In this document: piece after piece, positions 1 to 9,740 of the stretch
How positions within the stretch are numbered: the stretch's first letter is position 1
Layout: each line of letters starts with the position of its first letter
Virus record (IMG/VR): IMGVR_UViG_3300045988_156843
Source of the DNA: a virus
Strand: one strand, 5' to 3'
Length of the DNA stretch: 64,000 nt
The notes under the pieces: model-generated
What the model saw: only the letters and a program-made list of their open reading frames with translations
Databases searched by the model: none
Told to the model about the DNA's origin: nothing
Program-made: the position numbers and the translations under genes

Positions 1-40
1 AAACTTCTTCCGGTATTTCTAATATATATCCGTCTGCCAT
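1..40 (-). CDS. 5' end of a gene running off the left edge (MADGYILEIPEEV...)
   Basis: ATG at 40-38 (minus) shortly after the stop of ORF 49..255, same operon. Only 13 codons are visible. It is the next tail gene by synteny; tape measure is possible but unverifiable. Confidence 0.3.
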   Translation of the reverse strand, partial: MADGYILEIPEEV

Positions 41-48
41 TTTTCTTC

Positions 49-255
49 TTATTGAGGTAATACAGGTATTCCAAAGTCATTAAACAGTTGCATTGGATTG
101 TCAATATGCACTGCATTTCTTCTTTTTTTCTCTTCTTCTGATAGATAAATGATGTGGGTTGAATCATATTTAGCTAGCAGAATTTGTGGTACTGTCAATT
201 CCCACATATATTGTTGAACCGTTACAGATGGAAATGTTTTTAAGAAGTCAAACAT
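49..255 (-). CDS. hypothetical small tail-module protein
   Basis: Track ORF, co-oriented and tightly packed downstream of the putative tail tube gene. No motif recognised. Confidence 0.5.
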   Translation of the reverse strand: MFDFLKTFPSVTVQQYMWELTVPQILLAKYDSTHIIYLSEEEKKRRNAVHIDNPMQLFNDFGIPVLPQ

Positions 256-281
256 TTCACCATAAGATGTTCTAGCTATTA

Positions 282-755
282 TTATTTCTGTTCGGTCGTC
301 TTCATTTTTCTCTCCAAGACTATCATCCTGAACGTCTGTATCGAGTTGATAATCGAAAAAAAAACATCCACATTTATCAGATTTAAAACTTCAAACAGAA
401 GTTGCCCCCAATCTCTAGATTCACATTCCCACAGTAAGACATCTATAAATCTCTCTAGATTTTCTTCAATTGCCTTTTTATCATTGAGAATAGCTAATGC
501 AAGAATTTTACATACAACAGGAAACTCTTGCGATAATCCTTGCAATATATCTCCAAAAGTAGCTTTTTCTATCTTATTAATTTTAGTGGCTTCTTCCGCT
601 ATCTTCCATTGCGTTCCCGGTTTTAAAGCAGTTATTTCAAACTCTGTATTTTGCAATTTTACCAAAGTCGGGCTATTCGTCATGATTTTGACAAGTCGCT
701 CCATTGCTTCATCTGATACAGGATCTCTAAATGTTTTTCTTTTTATCTCTTCCAT
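282..755 (-). CDS. hypothetical protein (tail assembly chaperone position)
   Basis: 157-aa ORF directly after the putative tube gene and its terminator. The functional call rests on position only. Confidence 0.45.
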   Translation of the reverse strand: MEEIKRKTFRDPVSDEAMERLVKIMTNSPTLVKLQNTEFEITALKPGTQWKIAEEATKINKIEKATFGDILQGLSQEFPVVCKILALAILNDKKAIEENLERFIDVLLWECESRDWGQLLFEVLNLINVDVFFSIINSIQTFRMIVLERKMKTTEQK

Positions 756-770
756 AACTTATTATTAAAA

Positions 771-800
771 AAGGGAAGGAGTCTAACTCTCCCTCCCTTT
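771..800 (-). terminator. intrinsic terminator/attenuator after the putative tail tube gene
   Basis: Imperfect GC-rich hairpin aagggaaggag...ctccctccctt, followed on the minus strand by a T-run. Confidence 0.6.
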
Positions 801-894
801 TTATTTTACAATACTGTTCCTGTTTTAACTTTTTTACTAGAACTAGAATCTCCGTTTATACTTCTTAGGGAATTAGTCGGAGAAGCTGATTCCC

Positions 895-1443
895 TTACGC
901 TCCCCCCTGTGCTGCAGTTTCAACATAGAACGGAGTCATGTCAGAACCTGTTCCAACTCTTCCTGCGTAACAAGTACCACTGATTTCACCCTGCACGATA
1001 CCTGTTTTCAAAGTAGAAGCAGTAATTTTAGGACTAAGCTTTACACGTGGGCAAACCAGTGCGCCAAGTGTACCAAATACTACACGTACTTTTGCCCATT
1101 TAGGAGAATAAGTATTAGGTGCACAATATGCATCTTTTCCTTCAACGGTCACTTTCTTAAATCCGAAAAGTCCAGTCAAGATGTCATCCTGAATATCACC
1201 ACTGGTTGTAGCAAAGGTATACCGTCCCAAAACTACGTTTTCGAACAGAGGCTCATCCGATACTTCATTGTCTGTCGCATTGATAGTATTATCATCTTGC
1301 GTGATAGATGTACTATCAGCTACAATTTTAGTCAAGTCATAAACTTCACTACCGGGAGTCAATCCTTCACTGTCGGTAAAAGGAGTAATTTCTACTTTTG
1401 TTACTCCACCCAATATGATGGGTTTTGTTAAATCTATAGCCAT
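895..1443 (-). CDS. putative major tail (tube) protein
   Basis: 182 aa, last gene of the connector-size cluster, followed by a terminator and then chaperone-size ORFs. Synteny and size only. Confidence 0.45.
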   Translation of the reverse strand: MAIDLTKPIILGGVTKVEITPFTDSEGLTPGSEVYDLTKIVADSTSITQDDNTINATDNEVSDEPLFENVVLGRYTFATTSGDIQDDILTGLFGFKKVTVEGKDAYCAPNTYSPKWAKVRVVFGTLGALVCPRVKLSPKITASTLKTGIVQGEISGTCYAGRVGTGSDMTPFYVETAAQGGA

Positions 1444-1460
1444 ATTAATAAGTTATTTAA

Positions 1461-1859
1461 TTAAATAATTGTTGTATGTATTCTCACTATGTTAACATGC
1501 ATATTTTTAGTTGAATCATAATCGGTACGAGTTTCTTCACGAAACAGGCGATAATGCAAATTAGTTTCTTGTTGCTCTTGAATTATTTCATCCAATCTGT
1601 TTTCCATTCTTGACATCACGGCAACATTCTTCTTCCCATTAGCCATTGGTTTTGCATACAGCCAAATCTCAACATATCCTTCATTTACGGCTCCCTTATT
1701 TTTTATTCCATTATCACATGAAATAACCGCCATATCTTTCCAGTCATCCGGTCTGTTAGGCGGAAGGGTAGAAGGATATACATTTTCTGAAATATCTCCA
1801 TCTAAGATAGAGTTATAAAATGTTTCTATTGATGATATAGTAGTGTATGCTGAACTCAT
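1461..1859 (-). CDS. hypothetical head-tail joining/tail completion-size protein
   Basis: 132-aa ORF in the packed string between capsid and tube genes. Confidence 0.45.
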   Translation of the reverse strand: MSSAYTTISSIETFYNSILDGDISENVYPSTLPPNRPDDWKDMAVISCDNGIKNKGAVNEGYVEIWLYAKPMANGKKNVAVMSRMENRLDEIIQEQQETNLHYRLFREETRTDYDSTKNMHVNIVRIHTTII

Positions 1860-1860
1860 A

Positions 1861-2334
1861 TTATAATGGGCTTACTTCGTCACGTTGAATTTTTAAAATT
1901 TTCACGTTATCACTAATTTTTCTTGCTAACTCTTTCAAGTCATCGCCTACCGTAAATATAACTTTATATTTATGTCTTAACGGATCTTGTCCGGCTTCCA
2001 ATATTCCTCCATAAAACATGGTTACTACAACTACTAATTGCATCCCATTGCTTTGAGGTCTAAAGGTTCCCAAAAATTCTTCTACAGATCTTCTACCAGT
2101 TATATATTCATGCTGATATGGATCATATTTGGCTGTAGTAGCCATTTTAGTAAAAAACCTTTTTGTACCCGGATATAATTCTCTTTTATAAAAAACAGCA
2201 CTTCCGTAACTATCATGGAGATTCTGAGTTTTAGTTTTATCATAATCAGCTTGTATATAAGCACTTTCGATCAGCCTTTGACCATCGTCTGCTAATTTCA
2301 TAGCTAATTTATTTATAAAACTATACTGAGCCAT
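1861..2334 (-). CDS. hypothetical head-tail joining-size protein
   Basis: 157-aa ORF whose start lies 2 nt after the upstream gene, with overlapping neighbours. Confidence 0.45.
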   Translation of the reverse strand: MAQYSFINKLAMKLADDGQRLIESAYIQADYDKTKTQNLHDSYGSAVFYKRELYPGTKRFFTKMATTAKYDPYQHEYITGRRSVEEFLGTFRPQSNGMQLVVVVTMFYGGILEAGQDPLRHKYKVIFTVGDDLKELARKISDNVKILKIQRDEVSPL

Positions 2335-2686
2335 TTAAATTACTTGATGTATTATCTGTTAAATATACAGCACAACCTGAAAGTTGTGTTGGAAAAAGTC
2401 CAATAACCATTCCATCTACACGCATTCCATACATATTCCCTCTGAATAAGACACCTCTTGTGATTTTGATTCCTACAGATTTATCAAAAGGGAAATAAAC
2501 ATTGAAAGATGCTTTAATGCTATTACCAGAATCACTTTTCTGTGCCTCCTGAATATCGCATTTAGTCTTTAGCAATATTAAATCTTCTTCCTTCTGTTGG
2601 TCTAATGGTTTGCTTTCATCTATCCAAGTAGTATAGAATTCTCCATCATAAGGATATTCTTCTGTTTCGTGCCTGTCTATGATCAT
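2321..2686 (-). CDS. hypothetical head-tail joining-size protein
   Basis: 121-aa ORF overlapping both neighbours, which suggests translational coupling. Confidence 0.45.
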   Translation of the reverse strand: MIIDRHETEEYPYDGEFYTTWIDESKPLDQQKEEDLILLKTKCDIQEAQKSDSGNSIKASFNVYFPFDKSVGIKITRGVLFRGNMYGMRVDGMVIGLFPTQLSGCAVYLTDNTSSNLNGSV

Positions 2687-3048
2687 CAGTCGTATTCGTT
2701 AATCCATGAAACTCCTCCGCTTGAGACAAGCTCTAACTTGTCATCATCATACTTCTTATATAATCCAATCATGAGATTATAAATATCTGTTTTCGTATCA
2801 TATCTTTGACTCCCAATCGTTTTCGTGTATGCTCCGTGTTGGTTCGTCTGACTTGCTGTATAGTTAGGAGATGTATATATAACAAATAATAAATCAGCCA
2901 ATAACAGGTCTTTCTGTTTTTGAGTTAATGATTTAAAATCAGTAATATCACTTACATCTCTCTCCATTGCGATACGGGTTAGAACCGCCTTGTCAAAGAC
3001 AAAGGCGGTCAAACCTTCTAGATATGTTATAATGTCAAATTGAGCCAT
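2686..3048 (-). CDS. hypothetical head-tail connector/adaptor-size protein
   Basis: 120-aa ORF immediately downstream of the putative major capsid gene. Confidence 0.45.
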   Translation of the reverse strand: MAQFDIITYLEGLTAFVFDKAVLTRIAMERDVSDITDFKSLTQKQKDLLLADLLFVIYTSPNYTASQTNQHGAYTKTIGSQRYDTKTDIYNLMIGLYKKYDDDKLELVSSGGVSWINEYD

Positions 3049-3049
3049 A

Positions 3050-4222
3050 TTAAGAATCTGCTACGGTTGTATCAACAATGACATGATATAAGAATTCGGT
3101 CAATGCAGGAGTAGCACTCATCATCAAACGAGTTTCCCATGATTTATATTGACCATCAGCCATCGTAAAATTAGCCAAACGTGAGAATCCATCAATGTTT
3201 GCAAATACGGAGTCAATTACTTTATTTCCATATTTATTTGCTAACTTTTCGTCAAGAATAGAAGTATGCATGATCAATCCGGCATCTCCTGCGGGGCGCA
3301 ATACAGCTACTTTCTCGTCCCAACCATGTACCATCTCATCACCTGCCCAATTTGAGTTTTTCTCTTTTTCTACTACAATATCGATAGGAGAAAGACCGTC
3401 ATATGCTTTTACGGCAGCATTAAACATATCATCAAGAATAATAGCGATATCCGGAGCCGCAACAGGACTATTAGTGTTTAAGTTGCGTAAATATCCTACC
3501 CATTCCTTGACTTGTGCATTTTTCAAAAATACATCCTGATACATTTTCTTTGTAATCTGCCATTTCATAGCACCAGTGTATCCTGTTCTATCACGGAATT
3601 TCTTCTCTATAATAACCATTTGGTCAAACAACTTGGCATCCGGGGCAGTCCAAACTTTAGCTCCTGCTTTTTCAAAGTTTTTTTCGGGGATTTCAGCCTT
3701 CTGTTGAGGCCCAGTAATACCCATTCCTGCGGTGTAGACAATTTTACCTGTGGAAATTAACTGTGCAGAAAGATGGTTCAATGTTTGATCTTTCTGATCA
3801 ATCAAGAACTGAACATCCTTTGTCCACTCACGTATAATATCAGCATCACTTCCAAATTCTGCAAATTTATCTTCTTTATACTGACGCTCCATAGCGGTTT
3901 CAGCAATAGCTCTTGAAATAAAATCAGGAATACTTCCAGTATAGAAAGAAAGACCTTGTTTATTAAATGGATGAGCATCACCAAGAGGAGCACGCCAGTC
4001 CATCAAAGGAGCACTCGTTGTTTGTCTCTGATTAACCTTATATGTCGCAGTCCCATCTGCTGCAGTAGGAGTTGCGTTCGGGTTTACAGAGAACTGACTT
4101 CTCCACCAATTATAGTTAATGTCGATCAATCCCGAATCATCAATGACTGATTGCAAAAGTTGACGACCATCTCCACTTCTAAAAAGAGCAGCATAACGAC
4201 TGCTATCAAAATCAAATCTCAT
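3050..4222 (-). CDS. putative major capsid protein
   Basis: 390 aa, in a scaffold -> 245-aa protein -> this ORF order that resembles lambda Nu3-D-E. Assigned by size and synteny, not by a verified motif. Confidence 0.6.
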   Translation of the reverse strand: MRFDFDSSRYAALFRSGDGRQLLQSVIDDSGLIDINYNWWRSQFSVNPNATPTAADGTATYKVNQRQTTSAPLMDWRAPLGDAHPFNKQGLSFYTGSIPDFISRAIAETAMERQYKEDKFAEFGSDADIIREWTKDVQFLIDQKDQTLNHLSAQLISTGKIVYTAGMGITGPQQKAEIPEKNFEKAGAKVWTAPDAKLFDQMVIIEKKFRDRTGYTGAMKWQITKKMYQDVFLKNAQVKEWVGYLRNLNTNSPVAAPDIAIILDDMFNAAVKAYDGLSPIDIVVEKEKNSNWAGDEMVHGWDEKVAVLRPAGDAGLIMHTSILDEKLANKYGNKVIDSVFANIDGFSRLANFTMADGQYKSWETRLMMSATPALTEFLYHVIVDTTVADS

Positions 4223-4236
4223 AGTTTCTCCTTTCT

Positions 4237-4974
4237 TTAGATTTCAAACCAACCGTCAACATTTGACTTATTTAATTTTTTAACGACTTCCGGAGTAGGT
4301 GACATTAATATTTCGTACATCAATGCATGAAGAGTTGGAGTAAGATAATATCTTGCACCATCAAAATCTTCATCATTTTCAGCCGGAGCATATTTAAAGT
4401 CATAGTCGCACGGCAACACTGCATTCGGATTCTGTACTAGCATTTTAGCATCTGTGCCATCTTTATCTCCTTCAACGAGGATATCTCCTGCTGTCAAAGT
4501 TCCGATAGCTGCGCTAAAAGTAAGCTTCCAAACGTCAGCATTACTGTTAGTCGTTTTCTCTACAGCAACAACAGTGTGAGCCGTTCCTGCAGTAGCAAAT
4601 TCAGCCGGAGCTTTCATCAAAACATCACCAATTGAAGGCTGATGTCTGAATCCATCTCTTTTAATAAAAACAGTTGTTGCTGACGAAGCAGCCTGTACTT
4701 CAAATGTTTTTAGCAAAATAACTTCTGCCTGCGTATGTTTATTGGCTTTTCCGTTACCATTCCATCGATATTCCACCAAATCTCCTGCGTACATTTTACC
4801 CATTCTTTTAAATGGATTTTTTACAAGTCCACCTGTAGTTGGGAATACCTGATGATTTTTGATATCTACGATAGGAACAAAGACTTCTCTCGTCCCACCG
4901 ATCTGACCTCGCATTTGGTTCGTAACTCTACCATAGTAGACCGCACCATAGGTATTTAAAAGATCGTTTTCCAT
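4237..4974 (-). CDS. head-associated structural protein (decoration-protein position)
   Basis: 245-aa ORF between the scaffold-like and capsid-like genes. Confidence 0.4.
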   Translation of the reverse strand: MENDLLNTYGAVYYGRVTNQMRGQIGGTREVFVPIVDIKNHQVFPTTGGLVKNPFKRMGKMYAGDLVEYRWNGNGKANKHTQAEVILLKTFEVQAASSATTVFIKRDGFRHQPSIGDVLMKAPAEFATAGTAHTVVAVEKTTNSNADVWKLTFSAAIGTLTAGDILVEGDKDGTDAKMLVQNPNAVLPCDYDFKYAPAENDEDFDGARYYLTPTLHALMYEILMSPTPEVVKKLNKSNVDGWFEI

Positions 4975-4975
4975 C

Positions 4976-5587
4976 TTATTCTTTTTGGGGTTTTAAATCA
5001 TTCCACATCTCTTTCATCTCAGTAAACTTTGTCGAAGGACTAAGAGGAGTAACAACATCAGGAATTTCAGCACGATTCAAATTGTAAAACTCTAGTGCAG
5101 ATTTTGCTTTTTCTTGCACATCAAGATCTTCCGTAATGCTCGTTTCAGCTAAATATTTATTAATCCATTTATCATCTTTGATGCCTTTTTCTTTCATCGC
5201 TGACTTTAAACTGTTTTTAATACTAGCTAATTGCTTTTCCTTTTTATCTGCTAACACCTGTTTTTCAAGTTCTGCAAGTTTGTTTTGCATTTCGATATAG
5301 GCTTCATCTGTTTTTGCATCTGCGCCTTTACCTTTTCCCTTGTCATCCTGCGGCTTATAAGCTTTGACGAATTCTGCATAATCATGCTCCATGTTTGAAT
5401 TTGTCTCCTGAAAAGCAGGGAACACCTTCGACACAAAATCATCTAATTCAGATTCATCATTTGTCAATAATGGAATTAGGGCTTCTAATTGCTTATTGAT
5501 TGTTCTTTCTGACATGCGTAGGGTTTTCCCACCTTGTGTCAATTTCCCTTTGAGGTTTTCAAAGGCTTGTTGTTGAGTAAACTTCAT
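4976..5587 (-). CDS. putative scaffolding protein
   Basis: 203 aa, K/E/D-rich with predicted long helices. It is the first gene of the head operon, directly upstream of the capsid genes. Confidence 0.55.
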   Translation of the reverse strand: MKFTQQQAFENLKGKLTQGGKTLRMSERTINKQLEALIPLLTNDESELDDFVSKVFPAFQETNSNMEHDYAEFVKAYKPQDDKGKGKGADAKTDEAYIEMQNKLAELEKQVLADKKEKQLASIKNSLKSAMKEKGIKDDKWINKYLAETSITEDLDVQEKAKSALEFYNLNRAEIPDVVTPLSPSTKFTEMKEMWNDLKPQKE

Positions 5588-5724
5588 AAGTCTATTAAGA
5601 TTGAATTAATAATCGCATACAAAATAAAAGCATTATTCTATTGAAAAAGAGTGAAGAGTACAACAAAACATTCACTGGTGAACGTTTTTATTCCGAGGCT
5701 AAATATTCATAGAATATATAATAC

Positions 5725-5732
5725 TATTTTTG
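5725..5732 (+). promoter_or_regulatory. Bacteroides-type -7 box TATTTTTG upstream of terL
   Basis: Matches TAnnTTTG and ends 20 nt before the ATG at 5752, in a divergent intergenic region. Confidence 0.45.
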
Positions 5733-5751
5733 CATGTAAATATTGCACCTC

Positions 5752-7368
5752 ATGTCAGAAAACAGCGAAAATAAACTCAAAATAATACGTCCGCAAAAAG
5801 GCTTCCAAGAAAAATTCGTTCGAAGTAACGTAGATTTTGTTGTAGGTGGAGCCGCTATGGGGGTTGGCAAATCTTTCGCTGCATTACTGATGGCGGCAGA
5901 ACCTTCTCTTGACCCTAATTTTCGTATGGTTTTTATTCGTAAGAATATACAAGATACAAAAGTAGGTGGTGGTGGTGTTGATGAGATTGAAAAGATTTAT
6001 GGAGATGCTGTAAAGGTCAAACGGTCGGAAAATCCTCGTGCTACATTTAAGAATGGAGCTTTTGTCGATTTTACTCACATGGATAATGAAAATCCCGAAG
6101 ACGTTCTAGAACGTGTAAAAGGATGGCAATATGGGGTTATTTATTTTGATGAAGGAACAGGATTTGAATGGAGTACAATTCGATTGGCTTTTTCTCGTAA
6201 TCGTAGTTCCGGGAAATGGAATGGCAAGATCAGAATTACCTGTAATCCTAAAAAGAATCATTGGCTTAGAATTTGGCTTGATTGGTATATTGATCCTATA
6301 ACTGGTTATCCAATTCCGGAAAGAGATGGAGTTGTTAGATACTTTTATATTAAAGGAGACAATATAAAAGATGTAGCATTTGGAGATACTCCGGAAGAAG
6401 TTTACGAACAATGTAAACATCAAATTGATGGGCATCTTAAAAAATTGAATGCTAGAGGAGGAAAGTTTACTTATAAGGATTTCATTAAGACTACTACTTT
6501 CTATGGCGGTTCACTGGATATGAACGAGGAACTGCTTAAGACTAATCCGGGATATGTGGCAAGCGTTGCTGCAATGGGCGAAAAACAAGCATTAGCCAAT
6601 CTTGCAGGAAACTGGAATGTAGATATTTTAGATGAATCTGAATCACCTATTCCAAGTTGGGCTGCACGTGAATGCTTAATGGCTGATCCACAAGTGAACG
6701 GAAATAAATGGATTACGGCAGACTTAGCTGATTATGGAACTGATAATTTTATTGCGTTAGTATGGGATGGATTACACATATATGATATGCTAGTATTAGG
6801 AAAGACTACTCCTGCCCAAAATGCTAATCAATTGAAATTACTCGCAGCTAAACATGACATACCGGATTCTCATATTGTATTTGACGGTACAAACGGAAGA
6901 TACATATTAGATTATATACCCGATGCAATTCCTTTCATCTCATCTTATCCTCCTGTTGGATTATATGCGAGAGCAGCAGCTAATAGAAAGGATGAAGCAT
7001 ATCTCAGATTAAAATTTCTTATCACTGAACGAAAAATATCATTTTCTAATGATGTAGCCAATCGTAAATATTATCACGCAAAATTGAAAACGGAAGTCTT
7101 AATAGAGACTGAATTTATTGAAGAATGTTCCGTTGTTCGTTTTCAAGAACAGCCGGGCGGCAAAAAAAGATTGGCGACTAAAAAAGAAATGAATCAGATG
7201 CTTGGTAAAGGAAGATCAATGGATTTACTTGATGCTATAGCAATGAGAATGTTCCCGTTAGCTGAATATCAATATGGGACAGAACTTGAAAAAACGGCAA
7301 TAGATCAGCGAGATGAAATTGAATGTGATTCAAATGAGAGTGTTTATGAAGATTCTTTTTGGGCTTAA
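5752..7368 (+). CDS. terL: terminase large subunit
   Basis: Walker A GGAAMGVGKS and Walker B VIYFDEGTG, with a nuclease-size C-terminal half. The track ORF begins at a TTG (5743); the first ATG is at 5752. Confidence 0.9.
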   Translation: MSENSENKLKIIRPQKGFQEKFVRSNVDFVVGGAAMGVGKSFAALLMAAEPSLDPNFRMVFIRKNIQDTKVGGGGVDEIEKIYGDAVKVKRSENPRATFKNGAFVDFTHMDNENPEDVLERVKGWQYGVIYFDEGTGFEWSTIRLAFSRNRSSGKWNGKIRITCNPKKNHWLRIWLDWYIDPITGYPIPERDGVVRYFYIKGDNIKDVAFGDTPEEVYEQCKHQIDGHLKKLNARGGKFTYKDFIKTTTFYGGSLDMNEELLKTNPGYVASVAAMGEKQALANLAGNWNVDILDESESPIPSWAARECLMADPQVNGNKWITADLADYGTDNFIALVWDGLHIYDMLVLGKTTPAQNANQLKLLAAKHDIPDSHIVFDGTNGRYILDYIPDAIPFISSYPPVGLYARAAANRKDEAYLRLKFLITERKISFSNDVANRKYYHAKLKTEVLIETEFIEECSVVRFQEQPGGKKRLATKKEMNQMLGKGRSMDLLDAIAMRMFPLAEYQYGTELEKTAIDQRDEIECDSNESVYEDSFWA

Positions 7369-7378
7369 AATATAAATC

Positions 7379-7945
7379 ATGGAAGCAAAGGATTTAAAAA
7401 AAATAATAGAGGATTGCGCTAAGATGAAGTACGAAATAACTGTTAGAGATATTTCGTATATCGTTTTATTTAATGAATATAACAGTTCTACAATTGCCTA
7501 TAAATCCATTTTTGGGGACGGAGAAGAAGATGTGATTTCAAAATATCATAAGTCAAAAACAATAAAGTTTCTCAAAACATATATTGATGCTAATTTTAAA
7601 AATAAGAAGCAAACCAAAAATGTAGATGAAGAAGACATTCAGGCTGAATATGAAGATATCACATTTGAAGAAAACAAAGAAGCTATGGTACGTCTATTGG
7701 CAAAAATACCGGAAGCTATCAAAAATGGAATGTCTATAAAAGATGCATTAAAATTAGAAGCGGATGTTCGTACTAGACTTAACGACAAATTCTCTGTTGC
7801 TGAAAAAGTAGAACAGCAATATATAATTGTAGAACAAAAATATAATGATATTTGCCCATATTGTCGGCATGAAATTGCCGTCCCAACTAAAGAGGTTTTA
7901 ATGCAGAAGTATAATTTAATTGAAAATCCAAACAAGAATGCCTGA
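7379..7945 (+). CDS. hypothetical protein with C-terminal CxxC...zinc-ribbon-like motif
   Basis: 188-aa ORF between terL and the portal gene, containing CPYCRHEIAVP. Confidence 0.5.
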   Translation: MEAKDLKKIIEDCAKMKYEITVRDISYIVLFNEYNSSTIAYKSIFGDGEEDVISKYHKSKTIKFLKTYIDANFKNKKQTKNVDEEDIQAEYEDITFEENKEAMVRLLAKIPEAIKNGMSIKDALKLEADVRTRLNDKFSVAEKVEQQYIIVEQKYNDICPYCRHEIAVPTKEVLMQKYNLIENPNKNA

Positions 7946-9461
7946 TTATAAAGAACAAATAAAGCAACTTCTTTCAGAACCGGAAAGATTATTAAGAAAG
8001 AAGCCTTTTTTTAGAGGATATGACATGAATTCATGTGCTCGTTTATATCCAACTAAAGTTGATATAAATGAGACCGTTAAAGTTGAACTTCCGGCTATAA
8101 AGAAAAGAGTGATTCATCAAAGCGAGTTTCTAAAAGAACTAGAGCCACTAAATCACCGTGTTCTATACGATCAAAATGTGCCTTCTATTACTATGAAGCT
8201 AGACAAAGAACAAGGTGGAGGATTTGTCGAGATCAAATATCAGAAGATGGCTGTCCCATTCCAAAAAAATATAAAAGACAAACAGGTACAGCATCTGTGT
8301 GGAAATAAAATGGAATTTACAATAGTTGACGAAAACCCGACAGATCAACAACAACAGGATTTTATTACATTTAAACAATATTGGGATCTGAGGAACCAAG
8401 ATGGAATGAAAAGAAAGTTAGCAGATGCACAATTATCTGTTGGAGATGCCGGATTGTTATACTACTTTGACCAAGACAAACAAATCAAATCTAGGCTTAT
8501 ATCTTACATGGATGGTTTTGTTTTGATTCCACATAATGATGAAAATGGGGATCGCATCATGGAGGCTGTTTATTATCCCAAAGATGATGTTGAGTATATT
8601 GATTGTTATGATAAAGAAAACTTATATCGTTTTATCCGTGATGATTATGCTGTAGATACTAATAAATATGGATGGAGATTAGTCGAGACTAAATCTCATG
8701 GATTCTCTGAAATTCCTCTTGTAACAAAAAGAGGCGATGTCGCATGGAATGACGGACAAAGCGTTATTGAATCTTACGAAATTTTATATAATATTTTTAA
8801 TGTTATTCAAAAAAGACATGGATGGGGGATTCTGTATATTAAAGGTCGCTTTGATGAAACAGGGAAGAAAATTGCCGGATCTGTTATTCTTAATGACAAA
8901 ACGGCAGGAACTGATGCTTCAGGTAATGATGCCAAGTTCTTGACACCTCCTTCTCCGCAGGGAACGATTGACACATTACAGTTAATGGAAGAAACAATAC
9001 AGAAAGCTACAAGTACAACTTTCTTGCTTCCTAAAGATGTTAAAATGACTGGAGATATTTCCGGCATTGCTATTATGCTTACTCAATCAATGGACATTGA
9101 AAAGGGGTTGGAACATGCTGCTGAATATCAGAATGTTGCAGATAAAATGTGCCGTTTGTTTAAAGAGGGATTGGCTAAAGAACTTGTGTATAAAAAGATT
9201 CAGCCCACTGCAATTACTGATTTTGAAAATCTAAAAATTAATGCTAAATTTGTGGTTTGGAGACCTCAGTCTGAAACTGATTTAGTACAGAGATTGGCTA
9301 CTGGAATTAGTAATGGTATGATATCTAAGGACACAGCTATAGAAAAGAATCCTGATTCTAAACCGGATGAAAAAGCAAGATTGGAAAAGCAAAAAGAAAA
9401 AGAGATTGCAGATCAAGAACGGCAATTAGAAATAACATCAAAATATAGTAACAAAAAATAA
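7938..9461 (+). CDS. putative portal protein
   Basis: About 507 aa, directly after terL, with a charged C-terminal tail. The ATG at 7938 overlaps the upstream stop (ATGCCTGA). Confidence 0.6.
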   Translation: MPDYKEQIKQLLSEPERLLRKKPFFRGYDMNSCARLYPTKVDINETVKVELPAIKKRVIHQSEFLKELEPLNHRVLYDQNVPSITMKLDKEQGGGFVEIKYQKMAVPFQKNIKDKQVQHLCGNKMEFTIVDENPTDQQQQDFITFKQYWDLRNQDGMKRKLADAQLSVGDAGLLYYFDQDKQIKSRLISYMDGFVLIPHNDENGDRIMEAVYYPKDDVEYIDCYDKENLYRFIRDDYAVDTNKYGWRLVETKSHGFSEIPLVTKRGDVAWNDGQSVIESYEILYNIFNVIQKRHGWGILYIKGRFDETGKKIAGSVILNDKTAGTDASGNDAKFLTPPSPQGTIDTLQLMEETIQKATSTTFLLPKDVKMTGDISGIAIMLTQSMDIEKGLEHAAEYQNVADKMCRLFKEGLAKELVYKKIQPTAITDFENLKINAKFVVWRPQSETDLVQRLATGISNGMISKDTAIEKNPDSKPDEKARLEKQKEKEIADQERQLEITSKYSNKK

Positions 9462-9479
9462 TGATAAGGAGGAATAATT

Positions 9480-9740
9480 ATGTATCAGAACATTATAACA
9501 AAAGTAACAGAAATAAAAGAAGCGACTTTAGTAGATGATATTCATCCATTTTACGTATTTTTATTTTCCAAAGAAGGGGAATCTAATACTGCAATTGTAA
9601 ATGGGTTGCCTACATATCAGAAAGAAATGACTGATCTTCCACTTACGTCAATGATGTGGAATCCTATCGCTTTAATTAAAATCAATGTAACAAGTGAGCT
9701 TCTAACTGATTATAGAATCTTTATTGGTTATATCGAATGA
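9480..9740 (+). CDS. hypothetical protein
   Basis: 86-aa ORF overlapping the next gene by 4 nt. Confidence 0.5.
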   Translation: MYQNIITKVTEIKEATLVDDIHPFYVFLFSKEGESNTAIVNGLPTYQKEMTDLPLTSMMWNPIALIKINVTSELLTDYRIFIGYIE